Shown here piece after piece: positions 18,434 through 27,654 of a stretch of DNA of 64,000 nucleotides. A model generated the notes under the pieces. The model was not told the origin of the DNA and ran no database searches. It saw only the letters and a list, made by a program, of their open reading frames with translations. Position 1 is the stretch's first letter. Each line of letters opens with the position of its first letter. Both the position numbers and the translations under genes were made by a program. The stretch lies in contig CAWAXX010000018.1 in the NCBI GenBank assembly GCA_963786105.1, forward strand, positions 49,981 through 113,980, read 5' to 3'. Origin of the DNA: Vulcanimicrobiota bacterium. Its GTDB lineage: Bacteria; Vulcanimicrobiota; Vulcanimicrobiia; Vulcanimicrobiales; Vulcanimicrobiaceae.

Positions 18434-19414
18434 TTACGGCGTAAGGACGATCGTGCCGACGTGAACGCCCGACTCGAGCCGAGCGTGCGCGTCGGCGGCG
18501 CGTTCGAATGGATATGTCGAGTCGACCACCGGGACGATCGCGGTGCGTGAAGGCAATAGCGGCCAGATACGCTCGCGCAGGCGTTCGGCAATGGCCGACT
18601 TTTGGGAAGCGGAGCGGGGACGCAGGCTCGAGCCCAGCACGGTTGCGCGCCTGTGCAGCACGACGCCGAGGTCGATTTCTGCCGTCCGTCCCCGCTGGGT
18701 TGCGAGGCACGCCACGCGACCATCGAGCGCGAGACACGCAAGATCGCGCGCGATATAGTCGCCGCCGACGATGTCGAGCACCACATTGACGCCGCGGCCT
18801 TGCGTGATGCGCATCACTTCGGCGACGAAATCGTAGCGGCGGTAGTTTATCGCCGCAACGGCGCCCAGCTTCACGCAGGCTTCGCACTTTTGGTCGGTGC
18901 CGGCCGTTGCGATGACGCGCGCGCCGAGCGCCGTCGAAAACATGATCGCGGTCGTTCCGATCCCGCTCGTGCCGCCATGAACCAAGATGGTTTCTCCCGG
19001 CTGCAACTTCGCCCTCGAAAAGACGCTGTCGTATACGGTAAAGGCGTTTTCCGGAAGGGTTGCTGCTTCAACTGCGCTCCAGCCGTCGGGAATAGGCAGC
19101 ACTTGGCCTTGCGGAACGACCGCGAATTCCGCATAGCCGCCGCCGGCGCACAGCGCGCAGACGCGATCGCCGCGCCGCCACCGGGTCACGTCCGGGCCGG
19201 TCTTCCGTACGGTTCCGGCAACCTCGAGCCCGAGCACCGGGGAAGCGCCCTCCGGCGGGGGATAGAGCCCGCGCCGCTGCAGCACGTCGGCGCGGGAAAC
19301 GCCCGCGGCCTCCACGGCAATGAGTACGTCCCCCGCTCCGGGTTTCGGTACCGGCATCTCGGCGACGTGAAGAACGTCCGCCTCGCCGGGCCGATCGTAC
19401 GCAACGTATTTCAC
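18434..19414 (-). CDS. NAD(P)H:quinone oxidoreductase (zinc-type alcohol dehydrogenase superfamily)
   Basis: GTG at 19414 (GTGA overlap with the cyclase stop). VKYVAYDRPGEADVLHV.., GLEVAGTV, HGGTSGIGTTAI nucleotide-binding motif. Confidence 0.85.
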   Translation of the reverse strand: MKYVAYDRPGEADVLHVAEMPVPKPGAGDVLIAVEAAGVSRADVLQRRGLYPPPEGASPVLGLEVAGTVRKTGPDVTRWRRGDRVCALCAGGGYAEFAVVPQGQVLPIPDGWSAVEAATLPENAFTVYDSVFSRAKLQPGETILVHGGTSGIGTTAIMFSTALGARVIATAGTDQKCEACVKLGAVAAINYRRYDFVAEVMRITQGRGVNVVLDIVGGDYIARDLACLALDGRVACLATQRGRTAEIDLGVVLHRRATVLGSSLRPRSASQKSAIAERLRERIWPLLPSRTAIVPVVDSTYPFERAADAHARLESGVHVGTIVLTP

Positions 19415-21183
19415 GTGAAGATGCGGACCACGTCGATGCGTTGGGGAAAACCTTTGATTTCGAGCGTCTCGTTGGCGACGGCGGTCGACAGCCCACGCAA
19501 ACGCGCGGCGATCGCCGGACGCTCGGCCACGGTGCGGGCCAACGTCACCTCGCCCACACCGGCGAGCTTCTGCAGTCGCGCAGCGAGATTCACCGTCGTT
19601 CCGAAATAGTCGATGCGTTCGTTGGCGCGCATTGCGATACACGGCCCGACGTGAAAGCCGACGCGCAGCCGCAGCGGCTGGCCGGCGGCCGTGATGGTTT
19701 GAACCCGGGCGTCGAGATCGAGCGCCGCTTCGAGGCAGCGCACCGGATCGGTAAAGGCCGCCATGACGGCGTCGCCGATCGTCTTCACGATGCTTCCTTC
19801 GTGTTTTGCCACCGTCTCGCGCATGACGTCGAAGTGGTTGGTGACGATGCGAAATGCGGGCGCGTCTCCGGTTTTCGAATAGATAGCCGTCGATCCCACG
19901 ACGTCGGTAAATAAGACCGCCAGCGTTTCGATGCCGAGGTCGAGCCCCGGCGCCAACACTTCGGAGGAAAACAAATCCCGGAACTCTTGGAGCGCGGTGA
20001 CGGCGGCCGCCGTCGCGATCGTATCCGGCCAGCGTCCGTTTTCGATGCGGACCACGGCTTGGTGAGCGCTCTCGTTGACGATCCGCACGCGCACGTTGCC
20101 GCTGCCCACCGAAGGCCCCACCTCGACCCTCCCGTCGGAGCGGACGGCGGCCGTGAGATCGTGGGTGCGTTCGTCGTCGCTCGCAACGAATGCGGCGGCC
20201 GTGCCGGTGACGTTGAGCTGATAGTTGCCCCGTGCGAGAGCGAGCGAAACCTCGCGCTCTGCGTGCGGTGCAATCGTCGTCTGGACGTAGACGTGCGGGC
20301 TACGGTGTGGATTGGCGATGCAGAATAACCCGGATTCCGTACCGCGTCCGAGCGGCCGCGCGTCGAACGTCACCTCGACCGAGCGATCGAACGCAGCGTC
20401 GAAGGGCAAGTTGCAGGATACGCAGTGATAGCCGCGGTGCAACTGCGCGAGCGAGTCGATGCCCGGACTGGGACCCCGGCAGCCCGGGCAGAGCACGCTC
20501 CAGCGCAGATTGAATAATCCGTGGCGCGTCGCCGTCAGGAATGCCGACAGGATCGTGCGCCGCGACATCTTCCACGCATCGGCAAGTTCGTAGGGACGGA
20601 TGCGCTGCAATTCGCGGTCTTCGGCTCCGTCCACGAAGGCGGCGAGCCGCGCGACGACTTCTGCGCCGATGCCCGCGTCGCGCAGCACCTGCCACGGTCC
20701 GGCGTCGGCACTCGCCGATGGGATTGACGTGGCTTGGTTTCGGCGGGCCAGCGTTGCGGCTAAGCGAAAGGCGCGATTCGCACCGCGCTTGCCGTGCGCG
20801 GCCAGCAACGGCAGCAACGGTGCACCGAGCGGCGACGACGCTTGCAGCTCCACGTCGACCACGACGCGGGTGCGATCGGCGCCGAGGCTTTGGAGCGCGG
20901 TACGGTTGAAAAAACGCGCCAGCGGTCCGTGGCGATAGATGCGCTCCACTTCGAAGAACGACGGCACCTGCCAGATCGTCGGCCGCTCCTCCCACTCCAC
21001 CCGAATCGGACCCTGCGCGAACGACGCAATCCGGCGCGTCCCGCCCTCAGGTAACGATTCGTACCGCGCCGCAATGCGCGGGAGCCCGGCGTGGCTATTG
21101 ACCCAGTCGGTGTCGGCCAGATATTGCCACAAACGGTCGCGCGGCGCGTCGAGTTCCCACGTCCAGCGCTGCCGAAGACTCAC
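19411..21183 (-). CDS. class III adenylate/guanylate cyclase with N-terminal SRPBCC-like and Cys4 segments
   Basis: C-terminal LAVLFTDVVGSTAIY..GSIVKTIGDAVMAAF..LRVGFHVGP..DYFGTTVNLAARL. Middle CPGCRG..CVSC. N-terminal ligand-binding-like domain. Confidence 0.85.
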   Translation of the reverse strand: MSLRQRWTWELDAPRDRLWQYLADTDWVNSHAGLPRIAARYESLPEGGTRRIASFAQGPIRVEWEERPTIWQVPSFFEVERIYRHGPLARFFNRTALQSLGADRTRVVVDVELQASSPLGAPLLPLLAAHGKRGANRAFRLAATLARRNQATSIPSASADAGPWQVLRDAGIGAEVVARLAAFVDGAEDRELQRIRPYELADAWKMSRRTILSAFLTATRHGLFNLRWSVLCPGCRGPSPGIDSLAQLHRGYHCVSCNLPFDAAFDRSVEVTFDARPLGRGTESGLFCIANPHRSPHVYVQTTIAPHAEREVSLALARGNYQLNVTGTAAAFVASDDERTHDLTAAVRSDGRVEVGPSVGSGNVRVRIVNESAHQAVVRIENGRWPDTIATAAAVTALQEFRDLFSSEVLAPGLDLGIETLAVLFTDVVGSTAIYSKTGDAPAFRIVTNHFDVMRETVAKHEGSIVKTIGDAVMAAFTDPVRCLEAALDLDARVQTITAAGQPLRLRVGFHVGPCIAMRANERIDYFGTTVNLAARLQKLAGVGEVTLARTVAERPAIAARLRGLSTAVANETLEIKGFPQRIDVVRIFT

Positions 21184-22349
21184 CGCCGGCCACCTTCGTG
21201 TCGCGTCAATAGCATCGCGTCGCCGAAGGAAAAAAAGCGGTAGCGGCGCTCGACCGCCGCGGCGTAGGCGCGCAGGATGCGCTCGCGCCCGGCAAAGGCG
21301 CTCACCAACACCAGCAACGTCGATTTCGGCAAATGAAAGTTCGTGATCATAGCGTCGACGATTTTAAAAGGGAAACCGGGCGTAATGAACAGATTCGTGC
21401 GCCCTTCTCCGGCCGCGACCTTCCCGCGATCGTGGATGCTACCTTCGAGCGCGCGGACGACGGTCGTCCCGGCCGCCACCACTCGACGGCCCTCGCTGCG
21501 CGCGCTTTCGATGGCGCCGGCGGCCTGGGGCGAAATGACGTACGATTCCGCATGCATCGCGTGATCGTCGATGCGTTGCGTCGTCATCGGACGAAACGTT
21601 CCCAGCCCCACGTCGAGGGCGATGCGTGCCGTCTCGACGCCTGCGCATTGGATACGGTCGAGCAGCTCCGGCGTGAAGTGCAGCGAGGCAGTCGGCGCGG
21701 CGACGCTGCCGGGAACGCGCGCGAACACGGTTTGATAGCCGCGCTGCGCCTCTGCCGAGTCGCTGCGAACGTACGGCGGGAGCGGCAGTTTGCCGGTTCG
21801 CGCGAGAAACGTCTCGAAGGGCTCCGTCAACGTGAATTCAACCTCGCGGGCACCGTCGTCGAGCTCAGCCCGAATCACCGCTTCGACGCCGCCGTCGAAC
21901 TCCAGGCGCGCGCCCTCGCGAAGCCGGCGGCCGGGACGCGCGAGCGCGATCCAGCGCAGGGCATCGGAGCGGTAACGCTCGGATTGCGCCGGTTGGAGCA
22001 ACAGCAACTCGGCGCGCCCCCCGGTCGGCCGTCGCCGGCCGACGAGCCGCGCCGGAATGACGCGCGTTTCGTTGAGCACGAGAAGATCGCCCGGCCGCAA
22101 GTAACGCGGCAGGTCGGAAAAGACCGCATCGTCGTCGCGCTGGGGTCCGACCACCAGCAGCCGGCTTGCGTCGCGCACTGCCGCCGGCTTCTGCGCGATC
22201 AGTTCGGGAGGCAGTTCGTAGGAGTATGCGTCGCTGTCGCGCTCGCCGGCCGTCAGTCGCGTCCCATCTCCGTTCCGGGAAAATAGAATGCCACGATGTC
22301 GCGCGCGCTGCGGCCGGTTTGCGCCATCCCCCGCGCACCCCATTGACAC
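21180..22349 (-). CDS. queA: S-adenosylmethionine:tRNA ribosyltransferase-isomerase
   Basis: YSYELPPELIAQKP, LLVLNETRVIPARL, FFSFGDAMLL. The ATG at 22349 overlaps the upstream gene by 97 nt, so the true start may be nearer 22256 (only a CTG is available there). Confidence 0.88.
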   Translation of the reverse strand: MSMGCAGDGANRPQRARHRGILFSRNGDGTRLTAGERDSDAYSYELPPELIAQKPAAVRDASRLLVVGPQRDDDAVFSDLPRYLRPGDLLVLNETRVIPARLVGRRRPTGGRAELLLLQPAQSERYRSDALRWIALARPGRRLREGARLEFDGGVEAVIRAELDDGAREVEFTLTEPFETFLARTGKLPLPPYVRSDSAEAQRGYQTVFARVPGSVAAPTASLHFTPELLDRIQCAGVETARIALDVGLGTFRPMTTQRIDDHAMHAESYVISPQAAGAIESARSEGRRVVAAGTTVVRALEGSIHDRGKVAAGEGRTNLFITPGFPFKIVDAMITNFHLPKSTLLVLVSAFAGRERILRAYAAAVERRYRFFSFGDAMLLTRHEGGRR

Positions 22350-23257
22350 ATCCCCACGCCGTGACCCAAGCCTCCACCGTCAATCGCGACCGAGGCGGAA
22401 GACGCGTCGCCGCGCAGGCCGGTGATGAGCAAGCTTCGTACGACTCTGGGACCCAGCCCCAGACGAAACGCACTGCCCTTGACGAGCGCGCTGCCGCGAT
22501 CGGCGATCAGCTCGAATGCGCGCGCGCGCCCGCTAGCGTCGAGTTCGGTGACGCGCACGCTCTGGAGTATTCCGGCGGCAGGCAGTTGCGAGCCAAAACG
22601 CTGCGCGATCTCCGAGAGCGCCACCGTCGCCGTCCAGCGGTAGTTCGGCGACTGCGTGCAGTAGGGGCAGACGACCCCGGCGAGATACGGAAAGAACTCG
22701 CCCCCCCAAGCGTCCGCCGACGCCTCGGTGTGTCCGCCGCAACACGACGAGTAGGCGACGCTCGCGTACGCGTTTCCAAAACGCAGGACTTGACCGGCGG
22801 TCACGTCGACGGCCAAACGGCCGGCGGGCGACTCTGCCGAGACTCCCCCGTAGACCTGGTCGGCTTCCGACGGAACCAAATCGTACGCGCGCCGCGGGTT
22901 ACTGCGCTGCAGCACGTAGGTCCGCGCGCAAATTGCCTGCGCCTGCAAAGCCGCCGGCGGCCACGACGGCGGCATCTCGTGCGGAACAACCGAGTACAGA
23001 TACTGTTCGAGATCGACGACGTTGACAATGCTGCCGTCGGGCTGTCGTACGAACGTTCCGCGGTACGCGCGCCCGTTGAACGAAAACCCGTTGCCGCCGC
23101 GATCCGGCACCGCATCGCCGGGGCCAAGGAGCACCCGCAACGCGGGCGCCGCGCTGCCGCTTGCAGGGTCCGCATCTGTCTGCGCACGCGCGCCGTACGG
23201 ATACGCGGCGGCGGCCGCCGTCAGCGCCACGAACCTCGCGCGGCGCATCGGCGTCAC
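22253..23257 (-). CDS. SpoIID/LytB-domain protein (lytic transglycosylase-like)
   Basis: Signal peptide; LEQYLYSVVPHEMP, ALQAQAICARTY, YSSCCGGHTE, GHGVGMCQWGARGMA. Confidence 0.85.
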   Translation of the reverse strand: MTPMRRARFVALTAAAAAYPYGARAQTDADPASGSAAPALRVLLGPGDAVPDRGGNGFSFNGRAYRGTFVRQPDGSIVNVVDLEQYLYSVVPHEMPPSWPPAALQAQAICARTYVLQRSNPRRAYDLVPSEADQVYGGVSAESPAGRLAVDVTAGQVLRFGNAYASVAYSSCCGGHTEASADAWGGEFFPYLAGVVCPYCTQSPNYRWTATVALSEIAQRFGSQLPAAGILQSVRVTELDASGRARAFELIADRGSALVKGSAFRLGLGPRVVRSLLITGLRGDASSASVAIDGGGLGHGVGMCQWGARGMAQTGRSARDIVAFYFPGTEMGRD

Positions 23258-24348
23258 AGCAAGCGTTCCTGAACCGAAGCTCGGACCGCTATGCCGAGAT
23301 GACGATATGCCTCCGGAGTGGCGCGGCGGCCGGATGCCGTTCGGGTCACGAAACCCTGCTTGAGCAGGTACGGCTCGACGACGTCCTCCAGCGTTTCAGC
23401 ATCTTCGGTGAGCGTCGCCGCAATCGCGCCGATGCCGGCCGGTCCTCCGCGATACTGCTCGACGATCGTTCGCAAAAACGCGCGGTCCAAGCGGTCCAAA
23501 CCAAGTTCGTCGACGCCTTCGCGCTGCAAGGCTTCCTCGGCCACTTCGGCCGTGATGCGACCGCCGGCGCGCACTTCCGCAAAGTCACGCACGCGGCGCA
23601 GCAACCGGTTGGCGATGCGCGGCGTTCCGCGGCTGCGACGCGCGATCGTCGCCGCGCCGGTATCGTCGATCGGCACGGCCAGCACGCCGGCCGAACGGTG
23701 AAGAATTCGCTCCAGCTCTTCGGGCCCGTAGTAATCCAAGTGATGCACGATGCCGAACCGTTCGCGCAACGGGGCCGTCAACATCCCGGCGCGCGTCGTC
23801 GCGCCAACCAGCGTAAAGCGTTTGAGCGGCAACTTCAGCGTCTTTGCATAGGCGCCGCGATCGACAACGAAGTCGATTTGAAAATCCTCCATCGCGGGAT
23901 AGAGAAACTCTTCGACGACGCGGCCCAGGCGGTGGATCTCATCCACGAAAAATACGTCGCCTTCCTCGAGCGCGGTGAGAATCCCGACCAGATCCTTCGG
24001 TTTCTCGAGCGTAGGGCCACTCGTTGGGCGAAAATTCGCACCTAACTCGCGCGCAATCAGTCCGGCCAGCGTGGTCTTTCCAAGGCCGGGCGGACCGTAG
24101 AAAAGCACGTGCTCGAGGGGTTCCCCGCGACGACGAGCGGCATCGATGGAGATGCGAAGGTTTTCGACGACCGTTTCCTGACCGACGTAGTCCTCGAAAG
24201 TGCGCGGCCGCAGGCTCGCACCGTAAACCTCGTCCTCGAGCGTATCCTGCGGGTCGACGACGCGATCGGGCACGTCGAACCCGGTGCCCGGCGCATCGCG
24301 AACGTCGTCCGGACCGAGCAGACGCTTGCGCGCGTTGCCTTCGCTCAT
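23254..24348 (-). CDS. ruvB: Holliday junction branch migration helicase RuvB
   Basis: GPPGLGKTTLA, FVDEIHRL, canonical RuvB throughout. Confidence 0.97.
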   Translation of the reverse strand: MSEGNARKRLLGPDDVRDAPGTGFDVPDRVVDPQDTLEDEVYGASLRPRTFEDYVGQETVVENLRISIDAARRRGEPLEHVLFYGPPGLGKTTLAGLIARELGANFRPTSGPTLEKPKDLVGILTALEEGDVFFVDEIHRLGRVVEEFLYPAMEDFQIDFVVDRGAYAKTLKLPLKRFTLVGATTRAGMLTAPLRERFGIVHHLDYYGPEELERILHRSAGVLAVPIDDTGAATIARRSRGTPRIANRLLRRVRDFAEVRAGGRITAEVAEEALQREGVDELGLDRLDRAFLRTIVEQYRGGPAGIGAIAATLTEDAETLEDVVEPYLLKQGFVTRTASGRRATPEAYRHLGIAVRASVQERLL

Positions 24349-24974
24349 ACGCGTTCCTTCGACGCTTTGCGGCGGTAAATCTCCGCCAGCAGCCGTTCGG
24401 CATCGCCGATCTGTGGATCGGCTTCGAGCGTTTCGCGAATCATCGCCTCGGCTTCGGCGCGCTTGTACTCGAGTTGCAGTAACACGGCCATCGCCTCGGC
24501 GGCGAAATCCGGAATAACGGTGACCGGAACGGGCGGTGCGTCCTTGATCAGTAAGAACTTCGCGACCTTGCCCTGCAGCTTGGCAACGATGTCGCGAGCC
24601 TTCTGCTGGCCGATGCCCGGCAGCGTTTTTAAATACGCGTGGTCGCCGCGGTCGATGGCCCGCGCAATGGCCGACATCGGCTGCGAAAACGCGCGCGCAG
24701 CCGAGCGCGGACCGATCGACGCCACCGTGATGAGCGCTTCGAAGAATTCGCGCTCGATCGCATTCGTGAATCCGTAGTACGTGAACCGGCCGCTGTTGCC
24801 GTCCATGTTGAGCACGGCATAGATTTCGAGTGCGACCGGAAGACCCGGCTCGGCCGGGATCTTGTCGGCGACGCAGGGTGGGAGCACGATTTCATAGCCC
24901 AGCCCCCCCGACTCGACGATCGCCGCCTCGCCGGCGCGTTCGACCAGCGAACCGTGAATGCGGGAAAACGACAC
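24345..24974 (-). CDS. ruvA: Holliday junction DNA-binding protein RuvA
   Basis: GTG at 24974 overlaps the ruvC TAG by 1 nt. VSFSRIHGSLVE.., HhH region LKTLPGIGQQKARDIV. The rest of ORF 24345..25412 overlaps ruvC and the repeats. Confidence 0.9.
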   Translation of the reverse strand: MSFSRIHGSLVERAGEAAIVESGGLGYEIVLPPCVADKIPAEPGLPVALEIYAVLNMDGNSGRFTYYGFTNAIEREFFEALITVASIGPRSAARAFSQPMSAIARAIDRGDHAYLKTLPGIGQQKARDIVAKLQGKVAKFLLIKDAPPVPVTVIPDFAAEAMAVLLQLEYKRAEAEAMIRETLEADPQIGDAERLLAEIYRRKASKERV

Positions 24975-25546
24975 TAGGGGACCTCTGGCTTCCTTCGACT
25001 GCGCGCCTTCGGCGCGGAGCTCTGTCCTTCGACTGCGCTCGCTGCGCGAGCTCCGCTCAGGATAACACCAGAGCGCCCTGTCATGTTGAGAAACGCCAGC
25101 GCGAGCGCGAGCGCGTCGGAAACGTCCTCGGGTTTCGGCGCCGTACGCAGCCCGAGCAGGTGCGTCACCATGGCATTGACTTGCGCTTTCCGTGCGCTCC
25201 CGGATCCGACCAGCGCTCGCTTGACGCGTGCGTGTCCCAGGGTATATACCGCGATGCCGGCCTGAGCGGCCGCCAGGCACAGCACGCCGCGCGCGTGCGC
25301 CATCAATAGCGCCGTTCCGGGATTGCGATAGTTCGCGTACAGCTCTTCGATGACGATCGACTCCGGCTGGGTTTGCGCGATGACGTCGCTGATACCGGCG
25401 TGCAGCTCGCACAGTCGCCGCTCGAGGGTTTCGCCGGTCCGGGGCGCGACGATCCCGGCTTCGATCAGTCGCGTGCGCGAACGCACGCTCTCGATGACGC
25501 CGTAGCCGGTCGTGCGGAGCGCCGGGTCGATGCCGAGTATTCTCAT
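24974..25546 (-). CDS. ruvC: crossover junction endodeoxyribonuclease RuvC (with repeat-derived C-terminal tail)
   Basis: MRILGIDPALRTTGYGVIE, IEELYANY, DVSDALALALA. The last ~31 codons (VILSGARAASAVEGQSSAPKARSRRKPEVP) are encoded by repeat copies C and B. Confidence 0.9.
   Translation of the reverse strand: MRILGIDPALRTTGYGVIESVRSRTRLIEAGIVAPRTGETLERRLCELHAGISDVIAQTQPESIVIEELYANYRNPGTALLMAHARGVLCLAAAQAGIAVYTLGHARVKRALVGSGSARKAQVNAMVTHLLGLRTAPKPEDVSDALALALAFLNMTGRSGVILSGARAASAVEGQSSAPKARSRRKPEVP
24991..25024 (-). repeat. partial repeat, copy B (lacks the GTCATCCTG end)
   Basis: Reverse complement is CAGAGCTCCGCGCCGAAGGCGCGCAGTCGAAGGA, with hairpin GCGCGCC-TTC-GGCGCG. Tandem to copy C and lies inside the ruvC 3' coding region. 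Confidence 0.5.
25025..25066 (-). repeat. 42-nt repeat, copy C
   Basis: Reverse complement is GTTATCCTGAGCGGAGCTCGCGCAGCGAGCGCAGTCGAAGGA, with core hairpin GCTCGC-GCA-GCGAGC in that orientation. Translated as part of the RuvC C-terminus. Confidence 0.7.
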
Positions 25547-25557
25547 GGCGCGTGCAG

Positions 25558-27654
25558 CTATTGTGGCGGAGCGCCGTTGACGATCAACACGACGGCGGAG
25601 CCCGGACTCAACGTTGTTCCGACAGCCGGCTCGGTGCCGACGACGCGGCCACCGGCGCCGGCGGTGGTCGTAAGGCGCGTTTGGCCCACGCCGTACCCTG
25701 CGGCGGCCAGCGTGGCTCGCGCTTTGTCGACCGCCATACCTTCGGTATCCGGAACCTCACCCGGAACCGCGAGCGTGACGGCGATTACCGATCCTTGCGC
25801 GAGTTGGGTCGCCGCCGGGGGACTCTCGGCAACGATCGTGCCGTTGTTCGCACTGAGGACTTGAAACTGGACGGCGGCTCGGAAACCGGCGGCGACGATC
25901 GCGTCGATCGCCTCTTGATAGGGTTTTCCCACGACGCCGGGGACGGTGAGCGTCGTAACCGCCGCGGAAGTCGGCTGCGCGCCGGTTTGCGCGCCGGTGC
26001 TGACGACCGCGCTCACGCCGGCACCCTTCTGAACTTGCCCGCCGGGTGCCGGGTTTTGCGAGGCGATCGTTCCAGCCGGCACCCCGGTAACCGCCGCTTG
26101 TTGCGACGTGTCGAGCCGAACTCCCAACTTCAGTGCAATCCCTTGCGCCTTCTCCGCCGACATTCCGACGAAGTTCGGCACCAACACCGGCTCGGCACCG
26201 TTGGAGACGATCAGCGTAATGCGGCTGGCTTGGGGCACCTGCGCTCCGGCCTTGGGCCGTTGATCGATGACGTTGTCTTTGGCGCTGGTGTCGAACTTTC
26301 TCACCAGCGTCACGGCAAAGCCCTGCGCTTGCAGCGTTCGCTGCGCATCGAGCGCGGAGTAGCCCCGCACATCGAGCAGTCCCACCAACGGTTTTCCGTT
26401 GCTGATCACCAACTCGACCAACGAGTCGCGCGCGACCTTGCTGCTCGGGAGCGGATTCTGGCGAATTACGTGGTTCGCGGCGACGGTGTCGCTCGGACTC
26501 TTGACGAATCGTACGCGCAACCCGGCGTTTACCACCGCCTGCTGAGCCTGCGCGTCAGTCATGTTCGTATAGTCGGCTACCGCGATGGAGGAGCTCAAAC
26601 TCGGCAGCGGCCGGCCGAACAGGTAATATCCGACCGCGGTAGCTGCGAGCAAGAAGGCCGCCAACAACACCCACATCCACGGCCCACGGCGCGTGCGTTC
26701 GTCATCGCGTTCGTCGGCCGGTGCGAACGGACGATCGGGCAGCGGCGACCGGCGTGGCGGCAGTGCTCGGGTCGAGCGAAACGTTTGGGTCGGTGCGTCG
26801 TCAGCCAAACGGTAACCCGCCACACTTGGCCGCTCGCGCGCTTCGCGCAGCGCGGTGGCGAGCTCGCTCGCCGACGCAAACCGGTTTTCCGGGCCCTTCT
26901 GCAACAACTTGTTAACGATGGCGGCCAGCGCCGGGCTAACACCCAGGCCGCGCGTGTCGATGACCGGCACCGGGTCGCCGATGTGTTTGAGCGCGACCGT
27001 CACCGGCGACTCCCCCGCAAAGGGCAGTCTCCCGGTGAGCATCTGGTACAGCACGATGCCCAGGCTGTAGAGATCCGAGCTTTCGTGAAGCTCGTGGCCT
27101 TGCGCTTGTTCGGGCGAGATGTAGTACACGCTGCCCATGACGAGTCCCGGTTTCGTAAGCGTCATGGTATGCGCCGACACGGCGCGCGCGATGCCGAAGT
27201 CCGAAAGCTTGACCACGTCGTCCTTGGTGACCAAAATGTTCGCGGGCTTGATGTCGCGGTGCAGCAAACCGGTGCGGTGCGCGTAAGCCAAGCCGCTTGC
27301 GATCTGGGCGGCGTAGTCGAGCGCGACCGGCTCCGGCAGCTTGCCGTCGGCCGCGATGATCTCGGCGAGCGACGGTCCGTCGACCAGCTCCATCACGATG
27401 AAGTAGGTGTCGCCCTCGCGCCCGACGTCGTACGTATTGACGATGTTTGGGTGCGAAAGACGCGCCGCCGACTCGGCTTCCTGATAGAAGCGCCGGACGA
27501 ACTCCTGGTCGGCCGCATATTGCTCCCGCAACACCTTGATCGCAACGCGCCGGCGCAGCACCGTGTCGGTGCCGCAGTACACGGTCGCCATGCCCCCTTC
27601 GCCGAGTTTGCTGTCGAGGCGGTAACGGTTGTTAAAAATCCGTTCGTCGATCAA
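25558..27654 (-). CDS. Ser/Thr protein kinase with C-terminal PASTA repeats (PknB/Stk1-like)
   Basis: TTG at 27654 (TTGA overlap with the PBP stop). YRLDSKLGEGGMATVY, HRDIKPANIL, DFGIA. One TM, then about 4-5 PASTA-like repeats (..VPNFVGMSAEKAQ.., ..VPGVVGKPYQEAID..). Confidence 0.9.
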   Translation of the reverse strand: MIDERIFNNRYRLDSKLGEGGMATVYCGTDTVLRRRVAIKVLREQYAADQEFVRRFYQEAESAARLSHPNIVNTYDVGREGDTYFIVMELVDGPSLAEIIAADGKLPEPVALDYAAQIASGLAYAHRTGLLHRDIKPANILVTKDDVVKLSDFGIARAVSAHTMTLTKPGLVMGSVYYISPEQAQGHELHESSDLYSLGIVLYQMLTGRLPFAGESPVTVALKHIGDPVPVIDTRGLGVSPALAAIVNKLLQKGPENRFASASELATALREARERPSVAGYRLADDAPTQTFRSTRALPPRRSPLPDRPFAPADERDDERTRRGPWMWVLLAAFLLAATAVGYYLFGRPLPSLSSSIAVADYTNMTDAQAQQAVVNAGLRVRFVKSPSDTVAANHVIRQNPLPSSKVARDSLVELVISNGKPLVGLLDVRGYSALDAQRTLQAQGFAVTLVRKFDTSAKDNVIDQRPKAGAQVPQASRITLIVSNGAEPVLVPNFVGMSAEKAQGIALKLGVRLDTSQQAAVTGVPAGTIASQNPAPGGQVQKGAGVSAVVSTGAQTGAQPTSAAVTTLTVPGVVGKPYQEAIDAIVAAGFRAAVQFQVLSANNGTIVAESPPAATQLAQGSVIAVTLAVPGEVPDTEGMAVDKARATLAAAGYGVGQTRLTTTAGAGGRVVGTEPAVGTTLSPGSAVVLIVNGAPPQ

